Positions 8,220 to 17,659 of a stretch of 29,098 bases of DNA are shown here, in pieces. The notes below the pieces were generated by a model. It saw nothing but the letters and a program-made list of their open reading frames with translations. It made no database searches and had not been told where the DNA came from. Position 1 is the stretch's first letter. The number at the start of each line of letters is the position of its first letter. The stretch lies in the IMG/VR virus record IMGVR_UViG_3300037751_000396, positions 1-29,098 of that record; one strand, given 5' to 3'. The stretch is from a virus (taxonomy: Duplodnaviria; Caudoviricetes). The translations under genes were made by a program, and so were the position numbers.

Positions 8220-8639
8220 ATGGCAACCTATGTAGCTGACGGCACGACGCTTGCCCGCCAGAACAATGATTCCCCGCAGACCTACGACAGCATTCCGCAG
8301 CTCGTGAACATGTCTGTGGTCGGACAGGAGCGTGGCCTGATCGACGTGAGTAATCTTTCGTCCACCGCGCGCGAATGGAAGAAGGCGCTGAAGGACGGGA
8401 TCGAGATGCCGTGCTCGGCGCAATGGGATCCGGACAACGCGATCCATGTCCTGATCGTGGAAACCGATCTCGACGCGAACACGGCCCGGAGCTGGAAGGT
8501 CACGTTCCCCGACTCGCCGGCGCAGACGGTGACGTTCAACGCCATCGTCATCCGTGCCGTCGTGACCCAGATCGAGCTCGACAATGTGTTGATGCTCGAA
8601 TTCACCCTGAAGCCGACTGGCGATCTAACCTGGAGCTGA
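8220..8639 (+). CDS. Major tail tube protein
   Basis: Strong AAGGAG SD; IDVSNL.S.ARE....LKDG, WKVTFPD, F.A.V, LKPTG..TW. Confidence 0.9.
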   Translation: MATYVADGTTLARQNNDSPQTYDSIPQLVNMSVVGQERGLIDVSNLSSTAREWKKALKDGIEMPCSAQWDPDNAIHVLIVETDLDANTARSWKVTFPDSPAQTVTFNAIVIRAVVTQIELDNVLMLEFTLKPTGDLTWS

Positions 8640-8643
8640 TGCC

Positions 8644-9006
8644 GTGACGAAAAGGAATGAGGACTTCCTGAGCGCGGCGAAGGCATCGTCGCGCCGGGAG
8701 AAGATCGAAATCGAGGGGCTGCCCGTCGTCTATGCGCAGCCCCTCACCGAAGAGGATGTCGAGGCGATTTCCGCCCGCTGTCTTCTTCCCGGAAAGAAAC
8801 CCGAGGATGGGGACAACGCATACGACAACCGCAAGCTGACGCGCGAGATCGTGTGCGCGTCCATCGTTGACGCGAAGGGCCGGCGCGTCATTCCAGAGGG
8901 CAAGGAGGCGGAGCTACGCAAGCTGCCGGCGCATGTCTCGCGGGCTCTTGTGCAACATGCGCTCCGGGTCAACGGCATGACGGGGGAGAGTGCGGGAAAC
9001 GGCTGA
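8644..9006 (+). CDS. Tail assembly chaperone (gpG-like)
   Basis: Follows tail tube; SIVDAKG.RV; ends ...SAGNG over a slippery heptamer. Confidence 0.85.
   Translation: MTKRNEDFLSAAKASSRREKIEIEGLPVVYAQPLTEEDVEAISARCLLPGKKPEDGDNAYDNRKLTREIVCASIVDAKGRRVIPEGKEAELRKLPAHVSRALVQHALRVNGMTGESAGNG
8994..9000 (+). other. Programmed -1 ribosomal frameshift site G GGA AAC
   Basis: X XXY YYZ heptamer in the correct phase just before the stop; the -1 frame is open to 9356. Confidence 0.85.
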
Positions 9007-9356
9007 GCGGCGACCAGCGCCGTCTGTTCCTGCATCGTCTCGCGCTGGCGATGGGGCGGACGGTCGCCGAGCTCAAGGCTTCGATATCCCGCCGCGAGCT
9101 ACAGGAGTGGATGGAGTTCTATGCCTTGGAACCGTGGGGATCGGAGATCGACTGGTTCCGCACGGGCACGATTGCAGCCGTGGTCGCGAACAGCGCGCCG
9201 AACCGGAAGCGGGGATCGAAGGCGATGTCTCCCAAGGACTTCATGCCGAAGTTCGGTCGCAAGAGGCGCGGCGATCTGAATCCCGATCGGCTCAAGGCCG
9301 AATTGCTGAGTGGGTTCGGCAAGAGGATAAAGCGGGCGAAGAAGAATGAAAACTGA
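9000..9356 (+). CDS. Tail assembly chaperone C-terminal part (gpT-like, DUF4035-type), expressed as a G-T fusion
   Basis: -1 frame reads RLSGDQRRLFLHRLALAMGRTVAEL...S..EL.EW..FY.LEPWG...DFMP. Confidence 0.85.
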   Translation, partial: RLSGDQRRLFLHRLALAMGRTVAELKASISRRELQEWMEFYALEPWGSEIDWFRTGTIAAVVANSAPNRKRGSKAMSPKDFMPKFGRKRRGDLNPDRLKAELLSGFGKRIKRAKKNEN

Positions 9357-9756
9357 TTTCAGCATCCGCGGCGCGAAGGAGATGGAGCGGCTTCTCAAGG
9401 AGCTTGGTCCGAACTTGGCTGCGAAGGTCGGCGATCAGGCCCTGAGGGCGGGTGCCAAGCCGATCATCGAAGAGGCCAAGCGTCTGGTCCCGGTGAAGTC
9501 CGGGGCGCTCCGGGATTCGATCACGGTAGCCACCGAGCGGAAGCGGAACGCGGACAATCAGCGCATGGTGCTGATCGGGTTCAAGAAGCCGCACAGCCGA
9601 CGGGCGCATTTAACGGAATTTGGAACCGTTCATTCTGTCGCCAAGCCGTTCATGCGCCCGGCACTGGATGGGAAAGCCGGTGAAGCCCTGAACGAGATGG
9701 GCCGGGTTCTCGCCAAGGGTATCGAGCGGGAAGCGAAGAAGCTGGCGAAGCCTTAG
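9346..9756 (+). CDS. HK97 gp10-like tail component
   Basis: I.G.KE....L..L, ALRAGAKPI.EEAK..VPV.SG.LRDSI, EFGT....AKPFMRPA. Confidence 0.92.
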   Translation: MKTDFSIRGAKEMERLLKELGPNLAAKVGDQALRAGAKPIIEEAKRLVPVKSGALRDSITVATERKRNADNQRMVLIGFKKPHSRRAHLTEFGTVHSVAKPFMRPALDGKAGEALNEMGRVLAKGIEREAKKLAKP

Positions 9757-9759
9757 CCG

Positions 9760-10272
9760 TTATATGTGCAGGGCGATGAAAAGAAGATAGCCGCTCGGTT
9801 GCTTTATCCGGAAGCCGGCGCGGCTGTATTCCTTCTTCCGCATCGTCGCGATGAGAGACGCAAATGCTTCCGGCGACGAGAGCTTATAGGAGCCCAAACG
9901 GGTAAACACGTCGTGCTGGCGTATACCCTTCCTCGCCGCCTCGCTGGTCGGATCGATTGACACGACCTCCAGCCCTTCGGTGTGTGCGCGGAAGGTCATG
10001 CCGAGGATGCCTTGCCCGGTGTGCGCGTTGACCGGCGTACCCTGCGGCGTGAGCCCCTTCGCGTGCATGCAGGATTCGTAAACAAGGCGCTCGTTTTCGT
10101 TCTGGATCGCCATCTGCCAGACGATGGAGTTGCCGCCGATACCGGACCCGCCGGCTTTTGCGCGGCTGAAACAGTCGGCCTGCTCGGGCGACATGGCTTG
10201 AATCGGAAGCGGGGTCGGCTGGGCACAGGCGGCGAGCGCAAAAAGCGCGAAAGCTGAATAGATAATTCTCAT
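9760..10272 (-). CDS. PDZ-domain lipoprotein (moron)
   Basis: AAGGAG SD before ATG at 10272; lipobox LAAC; C-terminal LGM.F......LEV.SI...S.A...GI...DV...L PDZ pattern. Confidence 0.72.
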   Translation of the reverse strand: MRIIYSAFALFALAACAQPTPLPIQAMSPEQADCFSRAKAGGSGIGGNSIVWQMAIQNENERLVYESCMHAKGLTPQGTPVNAHTGQGILGMTFRAHTEGLEVVSIDPTSEAARKGIRQHDVFTRLGSYKLSSPEAFASLIATMRKKEYSRAGFRIKQPSGYLLFIALHI

Positions 10273-10321
10273 AAGCCATCTCCTTTTGCGGGAGAGCAAA
10301 GACTACCGAAGGTTCTGCTGA

Positions 10322-11875
10322 ATGGCAAATATTGGATCGCTGACGGCTAATCTTCGCTTGGAAAGCGCGGCGTTCATCCGCGACATGACCAAGGCGCAGC
10401 GGGCCGTCGCCAGCAATACCGCCGCGATGCGGCGGTCCATGCAGCAGGTGGAGCGGGCTTCGCGCAACGTCCAGCGGCAGTTCTCACAGCTTCGGGGGGC
10501 GGCTGTCGCGTTGGCCGGGGCGCTGGCCGTGCGGCAGTTCACACAGTTCGCGAAGTCGGCCATCAATACCGGCGATGCGCTGGCGAAGCAGGCCCGGCAG
10601 CTACAGATCACGGCCTCCGAATTCCAGCGTTACCGGATCGAGGGCGAGCTTGCGGGTGTGGCGACACAGAAGCTTGAGTCCGGCATCGGCGCCTTCACCA
10701 AGCGCGTCGGCGAGCTCCGGGCCGGAACCGGGACTCTCGTCACCATCCTCGACAAGTCCAACGTCGCGCTGAAAAACCAGCTTCTTGCCGCGACCTCGAC
10801 CGAAGAGGGTCTGCGCATCATGTTGCGGGCGATCCAGGAATCCGGAACGGCCTTCGACAAGCAGGCGCTTTCGGCCGCTGCCTTCGGACGGCAGGCCGGG
10901 CAGGCGATGGTCCTTCTGGCCGATGAGGCGGGAACGCTCAACGCCGAGATGGTGAAGCTGGTTACGATCAGCGACAGCGTTCTCAAGGCGTCGGAGCACT
11001 TGGAAGATCAATTCACGCTTCTCAAGGCCGCGTTCAGCGCTGGCTTCGATACGTCCATCATCGAAGGCATGGCCGGGTCCGTCGAGGCTACTGCGGAGTC
11101 CATGCGCGAGGCGCGCGAGATCGGCGAAGAGTTCGGCCGCGCTGTCGGGGCTGCGATGCGAGGTGTTGCAGAAGCGGCGAAGTTCGTCGGCCGGAACATG
11201 CGTGAGATCGTCGCCGTTGCCGGTGCCCTGATTGCTCTGAAACTTGCCGGGATCGTTCTCGGCATGGCGAAAGCTTTTCTCGCCCTTGCCGTGGCGATGC
11301 GCGCTGCTGCAGCGGCTGGCGGCATCATGGCGGCGGTTTCGGCCGGGGCGAAGAAGGGGCTGGTCGGTCTCGCTGCCGCCGCCGCGACCTTCGCGGCCAT
11401 CATGGTCTCCATCAAGGAAACCGAGCCCGCGATCTTGGATGCGGTGGAGGCCGTCAAACAGTTCGGGTCGGGGGTTGCGGATGCCGGAGCGGGCTCGGGC
11501 GTCGCCGCCAAGAAGGTCGCCGACCTGACCAAAGCCCAGAACCAACTGACGAGCGACACGCTGGCCCTGATCGTCGCGCACAAGAAGTCCGACGCCGAAT
11601 ACAAGCGGGTCAAAAAGTCAATCGACCTCCACAACGATGCGATGCGCCAGGGCGTCGATGTCACGACCGAACAGGGCCGGGCGTGGCTTGAGGCTGCCCG
11701 CACCGCACGCGACCTGCAGGATGAGCTGGCTGAGATGGTCCGCAAGCGGGAAGAGGATTCCCGCGCGATGGAAGAGCAGGTCAAGCGTCAGCAAGAGCTG
11801 ATGCAGGAGCCGTTCAAGAATGCCATACGCGGCATTCAGGATAGCTTCACCGACGCCTTTGAGAACATCTTCTAG
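10322..11875 (+). CDS. Tape measure protein, N-terminal part (ends at an in-frame TAG)
   Basis: MANIGSL..NL.L..A.F N-terminus; long Ala-rich helical sequence with hydrophobic segments; position after gp10. Confidence 0.88.
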   Translation: MANIGSLTANLRLESAAFIRDMTKAQRAVASNTAAMRRSMQQVERASRNVQRQFSQLRGAAVALAGALAVRQFTQFAKSAINTGDALAKQARQLQITASEFQRYRIEGELAGVATQKLESGIGAFTKRVGELRAGTGTLVTILDKSNVALKNQLLAATSTEEGLRIMLRAIQESGTAFDKQALSAAAFGRQAGQAMVLLADEAGTLNAEMVKLVTISDSVLKASEHLEDQFTLLKAAFSAGFDTSIIEGMAGSVEATAESMREAREIGEEFGRAVGAAMRGVAEAAKFVGRNMREIVAVAGALIALKLAGIVLGMAKAFLALAVAMRAAAAAGGIMAAVSAGAKKGLVGLAAAAATFAAIMVSIKETEPAILDAVEAVKQFGSGVADAGAGSGVAAKKVADLTKAQNQLTSDTLALIVAHKKSDAEYKRVKKSIDLHNDAMRQGVDVTTEQGRAWLEAARTARDLQDELAEMVRKREEDSRAMEEQVKRQQELMQEPFKNAIRGIQDSFTDAFENIF

Positions 11876-11881
11876 GGCGGG

Positions 11882-13465
11882 GTGGACAGCTTCGCCGACC
11901 TCGCCAGTACCGTGAAGCGGATCTTCATCCGGCTGGCGGCGGAGATCGCATCGCTGATGGTATTCCGTCCGGTGGTCGGCGGTGTACTCGGCTCGGTCGG
12001 GATGGGCACGGTTGCGCAGCAGATGGGGCTGACCGGGGGCGTCGGCATAGGCGGCGGGCCGGTGGTGGGCGGCGGCGCGGCCGGCGGTGGTTTTAACTTC
12101 TCCGCGCTGGCTTCCATGCCGTCCTTCCTGCCGCAGTTCGCAAAGGACGCACTATTTGAGGCGTCCTCATTCCTTCTTGGTCCGGAACTTGGTTCGGCCT
12201 TCGGCGTCGATCTGGTGGGCGCCTTCAACCCGGCGAATGCGCTCGGCGGGTTTGTCGGCAGCATCGCCGCCAACATGCTGGGGCTAGGTCATGACAATGC
12301 GCTGGTGAACGCGGGGACCGGGACCATTGGCGGTATTGCCGGGGGGGTTATCGGCGGGCCGATTGGCGCTGGCATTGGTGCATTCCTTGGCACCGCGCTG
12401 GGCGGGCTGTTCGGGCCGGGCAAGTCGGTCGGGCCGGGCGGCGGGGCGCAGTTCGGCATCGGCGGCGGCCAGGACCTGCTGTCCTTCTTCGGGCAGGGCG
12501 GCGATAACGGGTTCGATGCTTCGGGCTCGGCGCAGACCGTGCGCCAGGCGATGGAGACGCTGAATACCCTGGTGACCGGGCTCGGCGGCGCATTCCGCCC
12601 GACCCGCGGCCAGCTCGCCGGGCTCGGCAGGTTCGACCATGCCGGTGGCATCTTCTCGCAGGTGCAGAGCGCGCCGAACCAGAGCCTCGACGCCAACGGG
12701 CCGACCGCGGTCACCCGCTTCTTCGGATCGGACACTGACGCCGCGATCAACGACCTTCTGGTCCGCACGCTCAAGAATTTCGAGATCACCGGGCTCGCCC
12801 CGGCCGTGGCGACGGCGCTGGCGAACTCTGTTGCCACGACGTTCGAAGGGCTGGTCTCCGACCTCGATTTCGCGGCCAGCCTGTCCGGGATCACCACGAC
12901 AGTCTCCGCCTTCGATCAGGCGATGGCGGCTGTGGATCAGCGGTTCTCCGAACTGACGGATCGTGCCCGGTCCCTCGGGCTTTCCATCGAGACCGTGACC
13001 GAGGCACAGCGGCGCGAGGAAGAGGCGGTCAGGATGCAGTTCCGGGCACCGCTCATTCAGGCGGCCGAAGGGATCGCTGGATTCCTCCGGGGCACGGAAG
13101 CGCAGTTCGCGTCACCCGCTGAACAGCTCAGCCGGATGCAGGCGCAGTTCGGCGACCTCCTCGGGCGAGTCAGGGGCGGCGAAGTCGGCCTTACCCAGCC
13201 GCTCCTGCAGACGGCGCAGGCGCTGACTTCGGTGGGCCGGTCGCAGTTCGCGTCATCGGTTGATTTCCAGAGCATCGATCACTTCGTGCGGTCGCAGCTT
13301 GCAAGTGTCGGCGAAACTCTGACCAGCGAGGATTTCTTCGAGGCCCAGGTCGAGGCGACCCGCCAGCAGACCGGGATCATCGATGACGGCAATGAGCGGA
13401 TCGTCTCCGCCATCGAAGGTCTGAGGCGAGAGTTCCAGATGGTGCGACAGGAGCTGGCGGCATGA
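11882..13465 (+). CDS. Tape measure protein, C-terminal part (same frame as 10322..11875)
   Basis: In frame with the upstream part (FENIF*GGVDSFADLA); Gly-rich membrane-like segments; no convincing separate SD. Confidence 0.75.
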   Translation: MDSFADLASTVKRIFIRLAAEIASLMVFRPVVGGVLGSVGMGTVAQQMGLTGGVGIGGGPVVGGGAAGGGFNFSALASMPSFLPQFAKDALFEASSFLLGPELGSAFGVDLVGAFNPANALGGFVGSIAANMLGLGHDNALVNAGTGTIGGIAGGVIGGPIGAGIGAFLGTALGGLFGPGKSVGPGGGAQFGIGGGQDLLSFFGQGGDNGFDASGSAQTVRQAMETLNTLVTGLGGAFRPTRGQLAGLGRFDHAGGIFSQVQSAPNQSLDANGPTAVTRFFGSDTDAAINDLLVRTLKNFEITGLAPAVATALANSVATTFEGLVSDLDFAASLSGITTTVSAFDQAMAAVDQRFSELTDRARSLGLSIETVTEAQRREEEAVRMQFRAPLIQAAEGIAGFLRGTEAQFASPAEQLSRMQAQFGDLLGRVRGGEVGLTQPLLQTAQALTSVGRSQFASSVDFQSIDHFVRSQLASVGETLTSEDFFEAQVEATRQQTGIIDDGNERIVSAIEGLRREFQMVRQELAA

Positions 13466-15156
13466 TGCCGTCCGCGCAGTTCATGACCGCGCCGATGTCC
13501 ACGGCACCGGGACCGGCTCCGCTGCCCGCTGCCTTTCTGGAAGCGTTGATATCTCCCAACGGCCAGTACCTTGTCGAGATCGCGGCGTACAAGGGCGGGG
13601 AAGCAAGGTCGGGCGGACTGGCGACGTGGACGGAGATTCCGCTGACCACGATTCCCAAGGGCGGGGGAACGAATGTCGGACAGGTCAGTCTCCGCTATGC
13701 CGACAAGCACTGGGTTGGCGATCCCGACGATGCCGATCATCCCAACCTGTTCTATGAGGGGCGGGTCAACGTGCCGCTCACGCTGGTCCGGGCGATGCCT
13801 ATTCTTCCCGAAGAGGACAGGCGGTCACGGCGGCAGTTCGGCCAGATCGAAATTGCCAACGGTGATGGTGCCCTCGATCCGATTCTGCAATCCTACGCTG
13901 TTGACGGAAGGCGGGTGCGGGTTCTGTTCGGTCCCTACATGGGAGCGTATGCGGATTTCCGCGCCGTGCTGGATGTTCTCGGTACTGGATGGGAGGGCAA
14001 CGACAGCGAGGTCAGAATAAGCCTCCGGGACCGGGGCTATTCCCTCGATCTTCCGCTGCAGGAGACCCTGTATGCGGGCACCGGGGAGGCAGAGGGCGGG
14101 GCCGATGCACAGGGCAAGCCGAAGCCTCTTCTGTTCGGACGGTGCCGGAACATCACGCCCATCCTGATCGACCCGCTGAACCTGATCTATCAGGTCCACG
14201 ACGGCGAGATTCACGCCCTCGACGCGGTGTACGATCAGGGGCTGGGATTGCAGGACAGCTTAGACGATGTTGCGACCTACGCCGCGCTTGTGTCGCAGGC
14301 TGTCACGCCCGGAGAATTTGCGACGGCGAAAGCGGTGGGCCTGTTCAAGCTCGGGGGACTGCCCAACGGACTCGTCACAGCCGATGTCAGGGGCGATGCC
14401 GATCCCGATTATATCGACACCCTGGATCTGATCTGCCTCCGCATCCTTCAGGATCGTCACGGCCTTTCCAGCCAGTGGATCGATACCGGCTCCTTCGCCG
14501 GTGCTGCGTCCATTGCAGGCGAGATGGGAATCTATATCTCTCCCGGAGAGACGCCGACCACGGCCCAGGTTCTGACGAGACTGATGCAGGCGGTCGCGGG
14601 ATGGTGGGCGCCGGGACGCAACAGCCTGATCCGGGCCGGACGATTGGGAGCGCCGGAAGACCGCTCTGCAAATCTCACCCTCGATCAGTACGATATCCTC
14701 GACCTGACACCGGAGACCGCTCCTGTCCCGCGGTGGAGACAGAGGGTCGGGTTCAAGCCGAACTGGACGATCCAGCGGGGAGAGGACCTTGCCGGGGCTG
14801 TCACGGGAGCGCGGAGGCAGTTCCTTGCCGAGCCGTTCAGCGTGTTCGCATCATCGGATGCGGTGACCCGCGTGCGGCATTTGCAGGCGCTCGATCCCGC
14901 TCCGCTTCCGGGTCTGTACGAAAACGAAGCCGATGCGGAGACGCTGGCGGATTTCCTTCTGGAACTCCATAGCCCCGACCGAAGGATATTCACGGTCACG
15001 GTGAAGCGGATAGGTTACCAGCTCGATTTGCAGAAGATCGTCCATATCACATGGCCGCGCTACGGATTGCAGAACGGCCAGAATTTCGCGGTGGTCGGAA
15101 TCGAGGAACGCGCGGACGAGCGGGGTGACTTCGTGATTTTGCGGGTCTGGGGTTAG
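13462..15156 (+). CDS. Tail tip/hub-type structural protein (564 aa)
   Basis: Follows TMP with an ATGA overlap; G.IEIANGDG.LD, GKPKPLLFG...NITP..ID....IYQVHDG, PRYGL, L.VWG patterns of phage tail proteins. Confidence 0.78.
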   Translation: MMPSAQFMTAPMSTAPGPAPLPAAFLEALISPNGQYLVEIAAYKGGEARSGGLATWTEIPLTTIPKGGGTNVGQVSLRYADKHWVGDPDDADHPNLFYEGRVNVPLTLVRAMPILPEEDRRSRRQFGQIEIANGDGALDPILQSYAVDGRRVRVLFGPYMGAYADFRAVLDVLGTGWEGNDSEVRISLRDRGYSLDLPLQETLYAGTGEAEGGADAQGKPKPLLFGRCRNITPILIDPLNLIYQVHDGEIHALDAVYDQGLGLQDSLDDVATYAALVSQAVTPGEFATAKAVGLFKLGGLPNGLVTADVRGDADPDYIDTLDLICLRILQDRHGLSSQWIDTGSFAGAASIAGEMGIYISPGETPTTAQVLTRLMQAVAGWWAPGRNSLIRAGRLGAPEDRSANLTLDQYDILDLTPETAPVPRWRQRVGFKPNWTIQRGEDLAGAVTGARRQFLAEPFSVFASSDAVTRVRHLQALDPAPLPGLYENEADAETLADFLLELHSPDRRIFTVTVKRIGYQLDLQKIVHITWPRYGLQNGQNFAVVGIEERADERGDFVILRVWG

Positions 15157-15939
15157 ATGGCAAAAGCCCTCCTGAGCTGGATCAACCACGTCGATCTGTC
15201 GGCCACGGTTCTTTCGTCATCTGGCCATGCCGGCGATCTGGCGCCCTCCAATCTCGCCGATCCCATTGTGGGGAAGCGGTTCCGAACAACGTCCCTCACG
15301 GGGTGGGGGCAGGCGGATTTCGGGGCCAACAAGACCGTCGGTGTTCTGGCGCTTGTGTTCCCGAGGGACACGACGTTTCCGACTTCCGGAACTGTGCGGT
15401 GGCAACTGGATGTAGATGGGGGCACCGCAGGAGCCGGGGCCACCTACGATTCGACGGCCATCTCTATCGGCGCGTCGGAAGGCTACGGTTATCACCTTCA
15501 CCTTCCTACTGAAGCCAGTGTCCGGTACGTCCGCTTCACCTTCGCCGTGACCGGGCTGTCCTTTATCGATGTCGGCAGATTGTGGGCGGGGGAAGCGTGG
15601 CGGCCGGATGTGAATATCGTCGGCGGCTATGAGGACGAATGGGATGATCTCAGCGTCATTAGCAGGGCGCAGAGGTCGGGTGCCGAATACGTTGACGAGC
15701 GCCCGAACCAGAGACTGTACGCTGTCGGGCTCGAAGCCTTGGACGACAGCGACCGAAACGATATCCGGGAGATGCAGAGGATTGTCGGCATCTCAAAGCA
15801 ACTTCTTTTCTGCCTCGACCCCGACAGCTTCACCCGGCAGACGATCCTCGGACGATTGAGAGCGAGCACGCCTATCCGACACAGGGCACTGACCAGTCAC
15901 CTCTACACCAAAGCCTTCGCGATCCGCGAAAGCCTCTGA
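15157..15939 (+). CDS. Tail-associated structural protein (260 aa)
   Basis: Abuts the previous gene; NL.DP.V.K.FRT, RYVR, IDVGRLWAG..W.P. Confidence 0.72.
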   Translation: MAKALLSWINHVDLSATVLSSSGHAGDLAPSNLADPIVGKRFRTTSLTGWGQADFGANKTVGVLALVFPRDTTFPTSGTVRWQLDVDGGTAGAGATYDSTAISIGASEGYGYHLHLPTEASVRYVRFTFAVTGLSFIDVGRLWAGEAWRPDVNIVGGYEDEWDDLSVISRAQRSGAEYVDERPNQRLYAVGLEALDDSDRNDIREMQRIVGISKQLLFCLDPDSFTRQTILGRLRASTPIRHRALTSHLYTKAFAIRESL

Positions 15940-15983
15940 CCAGCGCCGTGAGGCGTCGGCAATCCCATTGATGGAGTTCGCCA

Positions 15984-17000
15984 ATGGCGAAGTTTGGAGA
16001 TCGCGTCAAGGAAACCACCGACACAACCGGCACGGGAAGCTTAGATTTAAACGGCGCACCCACGGGATTCCGGTCCTTCGCCGATGAGTTCACGACCGGC
16101 GACGATGAAATCTCCTACCTGATCGTTGACGATCCCGACGCCCCGACCGAGTACGAGTTCGGCAAGGGCACCTTCACGACCGGGTCTCCCAACACCTTCG
16201 CCCGCGATACCGTCGAGGGGTCCTCGAACAGCGGCAACAAGGTCAGCTTCACGTCGGGCACAAAGACCATCGTCGCGCTTCCCACGGCCGCGGATATGGC
16301 ATCCGTGTTCGGCGATGCGTCATGGGGCCAGAAAAACGCGGCCGTCCGCGCCATCACCTCGGATGACAGCCAGGTCGCGGCGGATGACGGGAAGCTGATC
16401 CTCGCCGACGCCTCGGGGAATTCGCCGGCAACCCTGATCTACACATTGCTGGCGGAAGCGACAGCGGATGATGGCTTCGTTACGACGGTCAGGAATGACG
16501 GCGCCAGCGGAACGGTTGACGTTGACGATGATGCTGCGGCCTTGATCCGGAGGTTGCAGCCCGGCCAGGCGGTAGAACTGCGCTGCGACGGTAGCGCATG
16601 GCACGAGGTTTCGACGCTGCTGCCAGCCTATGATATCGCCTTCGTTGCGGGGTTCGACAGCGACATGACGGCGGAGGACATCGCGGTCGCGACCTATGGC
16701 GAGCTGGTTATGGCGCGCGCCGGGTCATTCACCGGCGAGGCCGGCTATATCGACACCGCACCGGAAGGTGCCGACGCGATCGTTGATATTGAGAAGAACG
16801 GCACGACCATCTACACCACCAAGCCGGAATTCGCTGCCGGGTCCAACACGCTGACCGCCGGCACGCTGAAAACGGACGGCACCGAGGATTTCGTCTCGGG
16901 CGACCGGATCACCTTCAAGGTGACGCAGATTGGCTCCGGCGCCTCGCCCGACGTTGCGGGTGCCGGGCTGCGCTTCACCGCGCGGGCGAGCCTCGGCTGA
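15984..17000 (+). CDS. Tail fibre-like virion protein
   Basis: DRVKETT.TTGTG...L.GA..GF..F N-terminal module; LRCDG..W segment; C-terminal beta domain (DIEKNGT, GDRITF..TQ.G); GGAG SD. Confidence 0.72.
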   Translation: MAKFGDRVKETTDTTGTGSLDLNGAPTGFRSFADEFTTGDDEISYLIVDDPDAPTEYEFGKGTFTTGSPNTFARDTVEGSSNSGNKVSFTSGTKTIVALPTAADMASVFGDASWGQKNAAVRAITSDDSQVAADDGKLILADASGNSPATLIYTLLAEATADDGFVTTVRNDGASGTVDVDDDAAALIRRLQPGQAVELRCDGSAWHEVSTLLPAYDIAFVAGFDSDMTAEDIAVATYGELVMARAGSFTGEAGYIDTAPEGADAIVDIEKNGTTIYTTKPEFAAGSNTLTAGTLKTDGTEDFVSGDRITFKVTQIGSGASPDVAGAGLRFTARASLG

Positions 17001-17659
17001 TGGGCCGCCTGCTCCTCGCGCCCCGGCTGATCGGGCGGCGGAAGTCGCCACCGTCCTACGTCCACACCACCGGCCCGGCGATCACCACCGACTTGTCGGA
17101 ATACACGTTTTCATCTGTCGATATCAGCGATGCCGGAAACCGGATCGTCGTTGTCGGGATCATGTCGCTGCGGAGCGCGGCGGGAACGGCGAATCTCACG
17201 TCCGTCACCATTGCCGGCGTCTCGGCTTCCGTCGAAGTCGTCAGCGCATCGGGCGGGCGCCAGATTTGCGCCATTGCCACCGCGTCTGTTCCGACAGGTA
17301 CGACCGGCGATATCGTCGTGACCTTCGACCAGACCATGGCGCGCTGTGTTATCGCGGTGTGGGCGGCCTATGACCTGAATTCGGCGACAGCCGTGGATAC
17401 CGCGTCTTCGACAGCCGACCCGGCATCGCTCGATGTTGATACCCAGACCGCCGGCCTGATCTTCGCCGTCGCCTACAACAACGGCGGCGGAACGGCGACA
17501 TGGACGGGTATCACCGAGCAGTTCGATACGACCTCGGAAGCCGCGCTGGTCACCGCGGCGGATGCCACCGTTGCGACCGGGGAAACCCCGCGCACGGTCG
17601 AGTGCGATTACTCATCAGCAGACACCGAGCGCGTCGGCGTTTCGGCGAGCTTCCGGTAA
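17000..17659 (+). CDS. Putative virion/fibre-associated beta-sandwich protein
   Basis: TGATG-coupled; Thr/Ser/Val/Ala-rich (VTIAGVSA, PTGTTGDIVVTF). Confidence 0.65.
   Translation: MGRLLLAPRLIGRRKSPPSYVHTTGPAITTDLSEYTFSSVDISDAGNRIVVVGIMSLRSAAGTANLTSVTIAGVSASVEVVSASGGRQICAIATASVPTGTTGDIVVTFDQTMARCVIAVWAAYDLNSATAVDTASSTADPASLDVDTQTAGLIFAVAYNNGGGTATWTGITEQFDTTSEAALVTAADATVATGETPRTVECDYSSADTERVGVSASFR

Noticed and set aside
9754-15159. Genome-wide TAG reassignment (genetic code 15)
   Set aside because: Only one internal TAG among many long genes; TAG ends gp10, the 564-aa tail protein and lipoprotein 1 at natural positions.
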